Assembly (NCBI RefSeq): GCF_006345805.1
Contig: NW_021835072.1
Coordinates: forward strand, 1 to 42,977
Origin: Octopus sinensis
Taxonomy: Eukaryota
Length of the DNA: 42,977 bases
Direction: 5' to 3'
A program made the translations under genes and the position numbers. This document shows, piece by piece, positions 12,648-25,741 of this stretch; the first letter of the stretch is position 1; each line of letters opens with the position of its first letter. The notes under the pieces are model-generated. The model was not told where the DNA came from. It did no database searches and saw nothing but the letters and a program-made list of their open reading frames with translations.

Positions 12648-12821
12648 TTTCCAGTTCCTTTATTTCTTTTATATTCTACTTTTGCGGATGAGTAACTAGT
12701 GTCACCCTCGCTCTCGCTCTTCCGCCCTCTCTCTCCTCTCTTTTCTCTCTTTTCTTCTCCTTCTTTATCCTTCTCTCTTTCTCTCTCTCTCTTTTTCACT
12801 CCCTATATATATATGTATATG

Positions 12822-12856
<35 letters not shown>

Positions 12857-12982
12857 TGTGTGTGTGTATGTATGTATGTATGTATATATGTATGTATGTT
12901 TGTATGTATGTATGTATGTATGTATATGTATGTATGTATGTATGTATGAATGTATGTATGTATGTATATGTATGTATGTATG

Positions 12983-13013
<31 letters not shown>

Positions 13014-13164
13014 TTGTATGTATGTTGGTATGTATCTAAAAACTCTGACAGTTGACTATCTTATCAAGTATTTTATCGGCCATGTTATATAATTGGTCTG
13101 AATGCTCAAACTCTCAACCTGCTAGAAATAGTTATCAAATCCTTTTTAACAACTCAATACCAGC

Positions 13165-13236
13165 AGTTTCACGAGCAGGCTGTTCCGTTTATAGGATCAA
13201 CTGGAACCCTTGTCGTCGTAACCGACGGAGTGCCAG
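13165..13236 (+). mobile_element. SINE C 3' tail fragment
   Basis: TTTCACGAGCAGGCTGTTCCG...GTCGTCGTAACCGACGGAGTGCC matches the ends of the other C copies. Confidence 0.85.
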
Positions 13237-13527
13237 CATATATATATATACTGGCCCCAAAGTGGGTTTACAGTTAACACATAGGCACTTTAAATTTTAA
13301 AGCATTTTATTAAATTTAAATTTCTATCATGCAAACTTAAAAGGGACCTTGACAAAATTAACTAAATTAGCATAGAATAATGGTTAAATTATTTTTATAA
13401 TTAAGATCTAAGCTTATGATATGAATGCGAAAGGAATAGTTGAATAACTGTAAACCTACTTTTAGGCCGCCCTTTCGCTAGCCACTAAACCTTTTTCTAT
13501 TTTCTCTCCCTGTTTATTTCTGAGTTC

Positions 13528-13561
13528 CTTTCTGTTGAAGAGCGTATGCTCGAAACAAAAG
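13528..13561 (+). ncRNA. Degenerate minimal hammerhead-like motif
   Basis: CTTT-CTGTTGA-A-GAGC(GTAT)GCTC-GAAAC-AAAAG: 4-bp stem II, CTTT/AAAG stem I, A6 mutated, and the GT of stem III and the cleavage triplet missing. Confidence 0.5.
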
Positions 13562-13654
13562 ATTTTCTCACTTCCTGACCGTTAAACTAATACATCTGTT
13601 TGTGGTTTACACACTCGTTTTCGTCTTTTGTTTTTTTTTTTAATAAATTCTCAC

Positions 13655-13711
<57 letters not shown>

Positions 13712-13750
13712 TATATATATATACATATCTATTTCAAACATGCATACATG

Positions 13751-13791
<41 letters not shown>

Positions 13792-14212
13792 TTGTGTGAG
13801 TGTGTGTGTGTGTGTGTGTGTAGTAGTAGTAGTAGAAGTAGTAGTAGCAGTAGTAGTAGTGTTAATGTATTGTAGGAGATGGATTTCTCAAATATATACG
13901 TGTGTGTATATATGTATATGTACGTATGCGAGTGAATGTGTGTGCATGTATATATGCGTATATGCCTATATATATGCGTGTGCGTATGAGTGCAAATGTG
14001 TATGCATGTATGTGTGTATGTATGCATAAATGTTTGATAATATGTATAAAAGCATGCACGTATGTAAGGTATTCATGAATAAATATATGCATTCATTATT
14101 CTTTTTTCTTTCATTAATTAATTCGCGGTTTTGGACTTTGAGGAGTGGATAATCCAAACCAATCATGTTTTTGTGATCGGTAATGAAATTACTGGCTTCA
14201 CCGATCTTTCTG

Positions 14213-14214
<2 letters not shown>

Positions 14215-14302
<88 letters not shown>

Positions 14303-14329
14303 ACACCACACACACACACACACACACTG

Positions 14330-14372
<43 letters not shown>

Positions 14373-14460
14373 CTCTTTCTATTTCTCTCTCTCTCTTTCT
14401 CTTTCTCTCTCTCATTCTCATTTTCTCTCTCTCTTTCTCCCTCTCTCTCATACACACGCA
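14215..14460. repeat. (CT)n microsatellite
   Basis: Directly visible. Confidence 0.95.
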
Positions 14461-14799
14461 CGCACCACTACCTACATCTATATGTATGCATGTATGTATG
14501 TATGTATGCATGTATGTCTGTGTGTGAGTATTCTTGTATGTTCGATTGGTGGTGGCGACTGCCAGTGATGAAGAAAGGATCATTATTAATGGTATTAATT
14601 ATAGCAATGGCGTCCTTAATTATTCAGCCGAGTTGGTGGCGTGTGTATAAATAGGTTTCATGATTGCCGCAACCAAACTGACTTTACCTGAAACTGTATG
14701 GCGGACATATTGAATTGGAATGAATAATTGTCAGATACAAAAGGGGAAACAAGAACAAGAAGAAGAATTACATGGACATCATCGACAACAAGGACTGCA

Positions 14800-16290
14800 A
14801 CAGTAGTAGTAGTAGTAGAAGCAGCAGCAGCAGCAGCAGCAACATCGACAGTACTATCAACGAAATAGTCAGTGCCACGCGACGATGACGACGACGGCGA
14901 CCACCACCACCACCACCGCCACCAACCACCACCACCAATACCACCACCACCGCCGCCGCCGCCGCCACAACCACCACCACCACCACCACCACCACTACCA
15001 TCACCATTATCACCATCACCATCACCACCGCCACCACCACCACCACCAATACCACCACCGTCACCGCGAAGATCACCACCTTCACAAACACCACCACCAC
15101 CACTACCACAACCACCACCACCCACACACCACCCCACACAACCACCACCACCCACACCCACCACCACCACTACCATCACCATTATCACCATCACCATCAC
15201 GACCAATACCACCACCGCCACCACCAATACCATCACAACCACCACATACATCACCATTATCACCATCACCATCACCATCACGACCAATACCACAACGCCA
15301 CCACCAATACCATCACAACCACACCAATACCATCACCATTATCACCATCACCATCACGACCAATACCACCACCGTCACCGCGAAGATCACCACCTTCACA
15401 AACACCACCACCACCATAACACAACCACCACCACCACCACAACCACCACCACAACCACCACCACCACCACCACCACCACCACTACCATCACCATTATCAC
15501 CATCACCATCACGACCAATACCACCACCGCCACCACCAATACCATCACAACCACCACCAATACCATCACCATTATCACCATCACCATCACCAATACGACC
15601 AACACCACCGTCACCGCGAAGATCACCACCTTCACAAACACCAGCACCAGCACCGCCAATACCACCACCACTATCACCTCCACCACCCGCACCATTACTA
15701 CTATCACCACAACCACCACAACACCAAAACCACCACCACTATTACGGCTACTACTACCATCATCACCACGTCGACGACCATCACCGCTACTTCTACTACC
15801 ACCACCACTATCACAACCACCACTGTCACCACCACCATCACCAACACAAACACCACCACTACAACCAGTACCATCACTACCAACATCACCACCACCACTT
15901 CCACCAGTACTACCACCACCACCACCACCACTATCGCCACCACCATCCGCGCCATTACTACTATCAACACCACCACCAACACCATCTCCACCACATTCAC
16001 TACCAATACCACCGTCACCACCACCGCCGCCGCCACCACCACACCACCACCACCACCACCAAACCACCACCACAACCACCATCACCACCACCAACACCAC
16101 CACTACAACCAATACCATCACCACCAACATCACCACCACCACTTCCACCAGTACTACCACTACCACCACCTCCACTACTACCACCACCACTTCCACCACC
16201 ACCACCCACACCACTACTACTATCAACACCACCACTACTTCAACCACCACCACCACCACCACTACCACTATAAATAGCAGCAGCATTACC
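14800..16290. repeat. (ACC)n-based cryptic simple repeat with higher-order blocks
   Basis: ACCGTCACCGCGAAGATCACCACCTTCACAAACACCA recurs at about 15057, 15371 and 15607. Confidence 0.9.
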
Positions 16291-16510
16291 GCCCTGACAA
16301 ATACCTCTACGACCACCAGCATAACCAACCCCGGTACCGTAACCACTGCCAGGAACTAATCAATTAAGGAGCGTCTAAGTGGTCGCTTAATCGGCTTGAA
16401 ATAACAGCCAAATGTCCCTCAAATCAAACACCCGATGAACGTTTATAAAGCAATACGCCGTTTTGGCGCATTGCCTTAAAGACTCCGAGTTCGGTTCCAA
16501 GCAGTGACCG

Positions 16511-16548
<38 letters not shown>

Positions 16549-16574
16549 TAATAATAATAATAATAATAATAATA

Positions 16575-17127
16575 CTGATGCAGTACCAGGCAGTGGCTCT
16601 CATGGCTTCTGATCTTAACTGATTGGAAGTGTTATCATGTACATTGTTTTTGCCTTGGTATAAAAGATGGGCTACAGCAAATATTCTGCTCAATACCACA
16701 GATTTGCTTGTCAGTTGTTTGACCTTAACCAGTTGAGCATGTCCCTTAGTGGCTGACGATATGTGCATCTCTGATCACGAGCAGAAGTAGTGGGGGAGCA
16801 TCATAGCCATGTGTTGAGAAGGATTCTTTGGGGTTTGAATAATTCACCTCTGGAAACATGGGTGTTTCGTTCAACGTCCTTAAACACAACCTTATTCAGG
16901 GACCTTTTGAGCAGGATGGGTTACTCGATCTGAAGAAAATTCTAACTGGGCTCCACCTGCAAGGTCATGTGCTGTTTATCTTGATATGAGATCACCATGT
17001 CGCGCACATATGGTTGTGATGCATGTGCCTGGTGTACCTTTATCAGACGGGTAGTCATGATGGGTATATTGGGCTTCGTATATTTTACCCCAGTGTCACT
17101 TTGATGGCATGCTCTGCTCGCTCACTC
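16575..17127. mobile_element. Unclassified ~550-bp non-coding insert inside a (TAA)n array
   Basis: Complex sequence bounded by same-orientation (AAT)n at 16512-16574 and 17128-17140; no recognisable ORF. Confidence 0.45.
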
Positions 17128-17140
17128 AATAATAATAATA

Positions 17141-17572
17141 TTAATTGACATGACTATCCCTTGCGATCACAATATAGCGGCGAAAGAATTTGACAAGATC
17201 AATAAATATAAAGACTTGCTAATAAAAATTGAAAAAATGTGGCATCTCAAGTTGACTACAGTACCAGCGATTCCCTAGGAATGATAAAAAAATGTACTGA
17301 AACCTATTTGAAAATGATTCCAGGCTTACCATCCCTACAGGAAGTGCAAAAAATCGTATTAACTAGAACGGCTCATGTACTGAGAAGAGCATTATCGCTG
17401 TGAAAACAACATCCATCCCTGAATTTATTTATTTATTAATTTTTTAAATACATATTTTATCTGTGAATTTGCGTGTGTAATCTGGGAATGCATACAATGA
17501 GCTTCTCTGCCCTAGGTATATGGAAAACACCCGGCGAGAAACGGAAGAAAATTTGAAGAAAGAAGGAAAAAA

Positions 17573-17575
<3 letters not shown>
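17141..17575 (+). pseudogene. 5'-truncated R4/Dong-like RLE retrotransposon (endonuclease C-terminus and 3' UTR)
   Basis: LIDMTIPCDHNIAAKEFDKINKYKDLLIKIEKMWHLKLTTVPA / LGMIKK...LQEVQKIVLTRTAHVLRRALSL* (stop 17401-17403), with (TAA)n at both junctions. Confidence 0.88.
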
Positions 17576-17624
<49 letters not shown>

Positions 17625-17639
17625 TCGATAGGATTATCT

Positions 17640-17850
17640 AAATCCTTTTTAAGTCAAGTTTTATTTATGGTCCATTCAAGTAGTGAGTTCTTGTTGCGTG
17701 AGTTTTATCCAGGCTTATCTGGTATTCCTTGAAGAAATCTCTCCAGACTCCGTTTAAAGGTGGTGGGATCTTTTTCCTCTTTAATCAGTTTGGGACAATG
17801 TTAAACAGGGCAGGGCCTAAGGTGTATTCCATTAGGAACGTAGTAGCAGA
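17640..17850 (-). pseudogene. CR1-group LINE ORF2 extreme C-terminus
   Basis: LGPALFNIVP / KLIKEEKDPTTFKRSLERFLQGIPDKPG*NSRNKNSLLEW, with one frameshift and one stop. Confidence 0.7.
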
Positions 17851-18240
17851 GTACAAAATAGAGATACAGATAAACCGTTGCATAATTTAAATCCTGTAGA
17901 TATGAAGATCTATGTCGCATGGAAGCAAGTTTAGTGATTATTAAACAGCTGTCTAACAGTTTTCCTTCTTGTTGACTCTATCTTATTCAGTTTTATCTGT
18001 GTTTATGTATGAATTCCAAATACGAAATCTTGAAAATTTCTATAAATATAAGTACCTCTCCTAGTCAACAAAATTTATATATGAACCCTCAAATTACAAT
18101 TTTTTACTGGTGGACCCCTTTAAAGCTTCTTTGGAACCTTGGGGCTCCATGTGGACCCCGGTTGGGAACCGCTGCTTTAGGGTAACGCACGAGAATTATT
18201 TTGTAACTACAGACGCACACGCGCGAGCACGCACAGACAA

Positions 18241-18607
18241 ACAATGGCCCAGTGGTTAGGGCAGCGGACTCGCGGTCGTAGGATCGTGGTTTCGATTCCC
18301 AGACCGTTGTGAGTATTTATTGAGTGAAAACACCTAATTCTCCACAAGGCTCCGGCAGGGGGTGGGGTGCGGGGAGAACCCTGCTGTACTCTTTCACCAC
18401 AACTTTCTCTCACTCTTTCTTCCTGTTTCTGTTGTACATGTATTTCAAAGGGCCAGCCTTGTCGCACTCTGTGTCAGGATGAATCCCCTCGAGAACTACG
18501 TTAAGGGTACACGTGTCTGTGGAGTACTCAACCACTTGCATGTTAATTTCACGGCTGTTCCGTAGATCGAATCAACTGGAACCCACGTCGTAACCGACGG
18601 AGTGCCA
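18241..18607 (+). mobile_element. SINE family C, near full length
   Basis: Aligns along its length to 6288-6685. Confidence 0.92.
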
Positions 18608-18771
18608 CTTGTTTATGTGTGTGTGTATGTATGAATATTTTTCTATATATGAATATTTTTCAGCGGTGGTGCCCCAGCATGGCCGCGGCCTTCGGGCTAA
18701 AGCATTTTTAAGGATTTAAGGATTTATATGCATGTATAGTAATAAGAATAAATTGAATGGATACTTTAGGG

Positions 18772-19096
18772 CAGGGGGTACCAACCTTATATTGCTTGTG
18801 GACCCCCCCCCCCTGAGGGCTATCTTATCATCTGTGGGACCCCATATATGCACATGTAAATTTTTGAAATAAAATATTTGTTTGTAGGTTAGTAAAACCT
18901 AACAATGAAACAATTTCGTTATATTCAAAACTTAAATTCCAAATACAAATCTTGAAAATTTCAATGAATTCAGGTACCTCCCCTAGGTAACAAAATTTAT
19001 ATATGGACCCTCAAATTACAATTTTTCACTGGTGGACCCCTTTAAATTTTCAGTGGAACCTTGGGGTTCCATGTGGACCCCGGCTGAAAACCGCTG
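18772..19096. mobile_element. 325-bp non-autonomous hAT element
   Basis: Perfect 8-bp TSD CTTTAGGG (18764-18771, 19097-19104); imperfect TIRs CAGGGGGTACCAACC and GGCTGAAAACCGCTG. Confidence 0.85.
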
Positions 19097-19174
19097 CTTT
19101 AGGGTAACGCACGAGAATTATTTTGTAACGACAGATGCACGCGCGCGAGCACACAAAAGCACACACACACACAC

Positions 19175-19207
<33 letters not shown>

Positions 19208-19989
19208 TTATATATGTACAGGCGTGCGTGTGTGAGCGTATCTGTGTGTGCTCTCGCGCATGCGTCTATATTCATATATATATGTCAGTATGGCTGTCTG
19301 AATGCGTGCATGTATACATGCATATGTAGTATGTGTGTATGCGTGTTTGACTGTGTGTATGTGTGTGTGTGGGTGTGTGTGTGTGCGTGTGTGTGTGCAC
19401 GCGCCTGTGCATGTGTTTATGTGTATGTGTTTGTGTGTGTGTGAGTGTGTATTCGCGCTTGTGTGTGCGTGTGTATGTGTGCGTGTGTGTATGTGTGTGT
19501 GTGTTTGTGTATGTGTGTGTTTGTGTGTGCGTGTGTGTATGTATGTATGTGTGTGTGTGTTTGGGTATGTGTGTGCGTGTGTGTGTGTTTGTGTGTGTGT
19601 ATGTGTGTATGTGTGTGTGTATGTATGTGTGTGTGTGTATGTGTGTATGTGTTTGTATGTGTGTGTGTGTGTGTATGTGTGTGTTTGTGTGTGTATGTGT
19701 GTGAATCTGCGGGTGTATATATCTTAGTAAATATCTCCCGTAGTTTCTTCCTGAGTCTCACTCGTATGAGTGTGAGTGCAGCTGAATCTTCCCCAAATCG
19801 CAAGCTATCATTTTCAGGAACGGGAGTGCATTTCACAAATATGATCCGCATACGCCATATTTGAAAAACAAAAATGAGATGGAATGGTCACTGTTGGATT
19901 GCTTTAAATCATTAGTCTGTACCCCACCCCACACCACACCACACCACACCGCACCACACCACTAAGGTTGTATTCTAGGAATAAACAAT

Positions 19990-20585
19990 AGAGATAATAA
20001 CATTATCTGCGTTACATAACAACAGTGACACCAAACTACCACCACCACCACCACCACCAACATTAGCTGTACTATCGCCACCACTATCACTACCACCATC
20101 GCCATCTCCACCGCTATCACTACAACTACTACCACCACCATCACCATCACCATCACCATCATCAACTTCACCACCAACGCCGCCATCACCATCACGACCA
20201 CCACAATCACCTTCTCTACCGCTATAACCACCACCACCACTACCACCACCACCACTACCACCACCACTACCACCGCCACCACCACTACCACCACCACTAC
20301 CACCGCCACCACCACTACCACCACCACCACCACCGCTATCACCACTATCTCTCCCACTATCTCCCCACCATCTGCCCACCATCACCGCCCCCCCGTATCT
20401 CCTCCCCACCAAAACGACGACGACCACCACCACCACCAACCCAACACCACCACCACCATCACCACCACCACCACCACCACCACTACAACCACCACCACCA
20501 CCACCACCACTGCCACCGTCACCACCATCCTCATGACCACCACACCAGACTTAGCCAACCACTGCTCCCTCCAAGATCCCCCACC
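19990..20585. repeat. (ACC)n cryptic simple repeat
   Basis: Directly visible. Confidence 0.9.
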
Positions 20586-21185
20586 ACTGCGCACATCAAT
20601 ATAAGAAAGAGTGTACTAAGCCAAGATATCAATTACACAAGATGACTGATGAATACCAATATTCCAATATACTAATAAACTTATACCCACACATACACGT
20701 TCATACATACACAGAACCATACATATATATGCGTGTGCGTATGTGTAATTCTATATGATTATGTTTACATATATCTATATATATACATACATACATACAT
20801 ACATATATATATATATAATATATATATAATATATATATATATATATTATATATATATATAATATATATATATCACACACACACAGATATATAGTTTCATA
20901 AAGAACGTATGCTTTTTGTTTCCATGTATGCATATAAAATACATACGTGTGTGGTTATATATTATATAATATACTATATACACATATATTACTATACATA
21001 TATATACATATCCATCCATCCATCCATCCATCCATCATACATACATACATACATACCATACATATATAATACTATATATATATATATATCTATATATATA
21101 TATATATATACATGCATATATGTGTGCGTGTGTTACTTATAACATATATATATATATATGTATGTTTTACATATATCTGCTACGG

Positions 21186-21217
<32 letters not shown>

Positions 21218-21691
21218 TGCGTCTGTGTATGTATGTATCCACACATATGCATGCATAATATGCGGTTATATAATATATAATATATATATATATATTTATT
21301 TATACATATTTATAGTTGATGATACGTCTGAATGAATAAGCGAATGATGACGTCAGAGACGTAGAATATCGAATGAGCAGTTTCCTCGCCAACCTACCTG
21401 ACGTAAGCTGCGTAACGTAACCATTCTAATTAGTAGGAAAACATAAACACATCAGACTGGAGTTCTAATTAAAATACAGACACACTAAAGCACTGAACTA
21501 AATAATTTACTCTGTTCAGTCTCGTTTCCAGGTGTTCCAAGTTCTAGTTTTAGTACGAAACAATTATCTCTGTCGAGTCAGCTTTGTAAGACTTCTGTTA
21601 AGGCTAATTGATAATCGTGTTGTATCATTATAATTAGGTTATTGTCACTTTAGCGTGCATTCTACTTGGTCATTTTACCCTTTGGCATGAA

Positions 21692-22530
21692 GTCTCTAAC
21701 CCTAACTCTAACCTTGATCCGAACCCTAATTCTAAACCCCAGCTATACCGTAAACCCTTATCTTTATTATAACCTAAAACCTAAGTCCATATCCTAATCC
21801 TAAACGCTAACCTATACCTTAACCCTAAAGCCAAACCCTTATCCAAACCCTAAAACTTAATCCTTACCCTTACCCTAAGCCCTAAGTTCTAGCCCTAACT
21901 CCAAATCCTATTCGCAACCCCAGCCCTAACGCTAAAACCAAAACTTAACCATGTCCTAAACCCAAATCCTGACGCTATCTCTAAATCTTAACCCAAACCC
22001 TAACCCTAAATCCTAAACCCTAATTCTAAACCCCAGCCACACCCTAAACCCTTATCTTTATTATAACTAAAACCTAAGTCCATATCCTAATCCTAAACGC
22101 ATACCTATACCTTAACCCTCTAAACCGCCACCTCTCCAACCTAAAACCTTAACCCTTACCCTTACCTAACCCTAAGCCCTAAGTTCTAGCCCTAACTCCA
22201 AATCCTATTCGCAACCCCCAGCCCTAACGCTAAAACCAAAACTTAACCATGTTCTAAACCCAAATCCTGACGCTATCTCTAAATCTTAACCCAAGCCATA
22301 ACCCTAAATCCTAAACACTAACTCTAAACCCTAACCCTTACCCTAACCCTAAGCTCTACACTAATTCTAAATCCTAATCTCAACCCCCAACCCTGACGCT
22401 AAAACCAAACCCTAACCATACTCTGAACCCTTACCCTAATCCTAAACCCTATCCCTAAATCCTAATTTTTACCCTAACCCTAAGCCCTAACCTAAACCTT
22501 GTCCTCAATCGTAACGAGAATCCTAACCTA
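21692..22530. repeat. Degenerate (CCCTAA)n-like array with ~295-bp higher-order period
   Basis: Units start at about 21722, 22016 and 22314 (third partial); diagnostic strings such as CTTATCTTTATTATAA and CCTATTCGCAACCCC are duplicated. Confidence 0.9.
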
Positions 22531-22856
22531 GATCAGGTTAAGATTAGGGCTAAGTCGCGTACAGCGATAGACCGCACGCTCAAGTAGCCCTACCATGTTC
22601 GCCAGGCAAGAGTGGAATTTGATTCGGGCATATATCCATTTTTTCAGTATCCTTGCTGATAGCATTAAAATTGCAATGCAGTACTGCCAACATTATGAGA
22701 ATCAACACCATGGTGCCCCTAATGTCTTCTGCATACGAAGGACAAAAAAGGACAAGGCAAGAACTCAAATTTAAAGAAAAAGAGGTCGGGTATTTTGGTA
22801 GCATTTTGTCCGGCATATTAACAATTCAGCCAGTTCGCCGCCAATAGTTTGAAATC

Positions 22857-23148
22857 TTGTTGTTTGTTCCTTCTCGAGCCATGCCTGGCTCATAAGGGCC
22901 GGTTTCCCGGTTTCTTGGCGTATATGTTCCCCACCTGGACGGGACGCCGGTCTGTCGCAGGTGAGCTGCAAGATGCAGTAGGAAAGAGTGAGAGAAATTT
23001 TGTGGCGAAAGAGTAAGCAGAAGTTCGCCTTCTGTCCGGAGCCGCGTGGAGCTTAGGTGTTTCGCTCATAAACACACACATCGTCCGGTCTGAGATTCGA
23101 ACCCTCGATCCCTCGACCGCTGCTCTAACCACTAGGCCATGTGCCTCC
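22857..23148 (-). mobile_element. tRNA-derived SINE with a C-related head and a different (V-domain-like) 3' part
   Basis: Reverse complement GGAGGCACATGGCCTAGTGGTTAGAGC...GGTTCGAATCTC, then ACCGGCGTCCCGTCCAGG...GGCTCGAGAAGGAAC(AAAC)n. Confidence 0.8.
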
Positions 23149-23759
23149 ACCTTGGTACAAAAGCAGTAATTTTGGTAGAATACTAGCAATTTTGGTAGCT
23201 TTTTGTCCGGCATAATAGCAATTCTGCCAGCTCGCCGTCTAAAATAATTTGAAATTTTGATAAAAAAACCCAGCAACTTTGGTAGCATTTTGTCCGGTAT
23301 GCAAATGATTCTGCCAGGAATACTAATAACTGGAACTTACAGGTGGGTTTAAAGGAAGCTCTCGTCTTTCCAAGACAATGCAATAACGAAGCAATGATGT
23401 CATATAGGATAAGGAAAGCCATGGTTGTTCAATTGACAGTGTCTGGGAAAACAGTATGGAGTGGACACATGAAAAGAAGGTCGGAGAATGATTGAGGAGA
23501 GACACGAGGATGACTGTATATGGTGCTACATGTTGGCAGACATGTAGCTAGATACATCATGTCTTGTTGGGTTAACATTGTTTGAGGAAGTAATATGGAG
23601 TGGGGACAAAAAGGGGTTTTGGAATATGATACACTTAGGAAACCGGGTGAGACATGAGGATGAAAGTGCACGGTGCTACTTATAGAGTAGCTAGGGACCG
23701 GTCCACCCCAGGCGACAATTTTATGGGAGCGACCCTTTTGGGTCTGCTATGTAAGGCTA

Positions 23760-23812
23760 TTTCGTCGATCGGATCAACTGGAAACCTCGCCGCCGTAACC
23801 GACGGAGTGCCA
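23760..23812 (+). mobile_element. SINE C 3' tail fragment
   Basis: GATCGGATCAACTGGAAACCTCGCCGCCGTAACCGACGGAGTGCC. Confidence 0.8.
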
Positions 23813-24242
23813 TAGAAAAGACGCGATGGTCTCGGCTGGAACAGCTGTGATCGTAAACTGAATCACAGTATTTGATCAATCCAGACTGAATGAAAACCAA
23901 AGTAAGGTGGCGTCGGCGGTGGAAATTCTTAAATCGGAGCCTTAAAGAGAAGAAACTGGATACCGCCGGGCAATTCCTCTGACGCTCCACCGATTAAAAA
24001 GAGCAGGTGTTGGAGAAAGGCATTAGGATAATCATTTTATAAACAACAACGCGTCTGTTCATGTATGTATAGATATGATATATATGTATGTGTATATATG
24101 CATGTATGTATGTATGTATGTATGTATGTATGTATGTATGTATGTATGTATGTATGTATGTATGTATTGTGTATGTATGTATGTATGTATTGGGTATGTA
24201 TGCATAATATGCGTATAGTGTGCGTGAATATATAATATATAT

Positions 24243-24273
<31 letters not shown>

Positions 24274-24774
24274 ACATACATACATACATACATAGATGCA
24301 TATATATTTATGTATATGTATGTATGTATGTATGTATATATATATATATATCTATATATATATATATATAATGTGTGCACATACATACATTACAATGTAT
24401 GTATGTATGTATATATATATATATGCACATACTTACATACATACATACATGCATACATACAAGCATACATACATGCATGCATACATACATATATATATAT
24501 GGGTTGATAATAGATTAGAGATCTATACAAATCAAATTTTTAGATATAAAAGACATAAAAGGTGGAAATAGCAGAGAAGTAAGGCAATAACATTTCAATT
24601 TTAGAGGGAATTTGATAAAAATGATTTTAAAAATTACATAAAAAAATAAGATTATCGGTTTCGATGTATCTCATCTTATCAAATATCAGTATAAATTTAT
24701 AAAAATTTGAAGTGAAAACAGTTTATCTTCTGTCTGGGGGTCATGCACATACATACACGTGTGTTTGTAAACAC

Positions 24775-24809
<35 letters not shown>

Positions 24810-24826
24810 AGTATATACGTGTATAT

Positions 24827-25243
24827 ACTCTTTACTCTTTACTCTCTTTTACTTGTTTCAGTCATTTGACTGCGGCCATGCTGGAGCACCGCCTTTAATC
24901 GAGCAACTCGAGCCCGGCACTTATTCTTTTGTGAGCCCAGTACTTATTCTATCGGTCTCTTTTGCCGAACCGCTATGTAACGGGGACATAAACACACCAG
25001 CATCGGTTGTCAAGCAATGCCAGGGGGACAAACAAAGACATACAAACACACACACGCATAAATATATAAATACATATATACGACGGGCTTCTTTCAGTTT
25101 CCGTCTACCAAATCCACTCACAAGGCTTTGGTTGACCTGAGGCTATAGTAGAAGACACTTGCCCAAGGTGCCACGCAGTGGGACTAAACCGGGAAACATG
25201 TGGTTTTTATACAAGGTACTTACCACACAGCCACTCCTGCGCC
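24827..25243 (-). mobile_element. SINE family A, full length
   Basis: Tail CTCTTTTACTTGTTTCAGTC through head CACAGCCACTCCTGCGCC. Confidence 0.93.
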
Positions 25244-25741
25244 TACATACATACATACATACATACATATAAGTATATACGTAAATACACACACACACAT
25301 ATACATACAATCATACATATATACATACATTAATACACACACACATACATACACACATATACATACATTATATATATATATATATATGCATACAGCTAAT
25401 ACATATAACACACACACACGCACATACATTCTGTCTCACATTCACATACACACACACACACGCACATACATAGCCATACATACTGCGAAAAGACACGGAC
25501 GCACTACGAATATTACCGTGGTGGCGCTTTTCATGTTTGCTAACACCTCCTCACCCGTTCAGGCACACTCTCATTTCATTATCACGCTTCTAATCTCGGG
25601 CAGTTGTCGTATTAAGAAGATTAAGTGAGATTATATTCGAATTATTCTATCAGCATTCCGTAACAGAAGTTTTTATTGACGACGTGTTTTATCATATTTA
25701 GACATCGACGCGGTGGCCACCTCTGTAATACTGCTAAAGAC

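Noticed and set aside
19705-19870. Non-repetitive island open on both strands
   Set aside because: No splice signals or homology I can recognise; the ORF length is inflated by the adjoining (TG)n.
21345-21355. CRE motif TGACGTCA as a promoter element
   Set aside because: A single 8-mer with no linked gene or TSS evidence.
25670-25725. Minus-strand GATGTCTAAATATGATAAAACACGTCGTC as a CpG-decayed hammerhead
   Set aside because: It needs too many restored bases, and the core and stem I are not recoverable.
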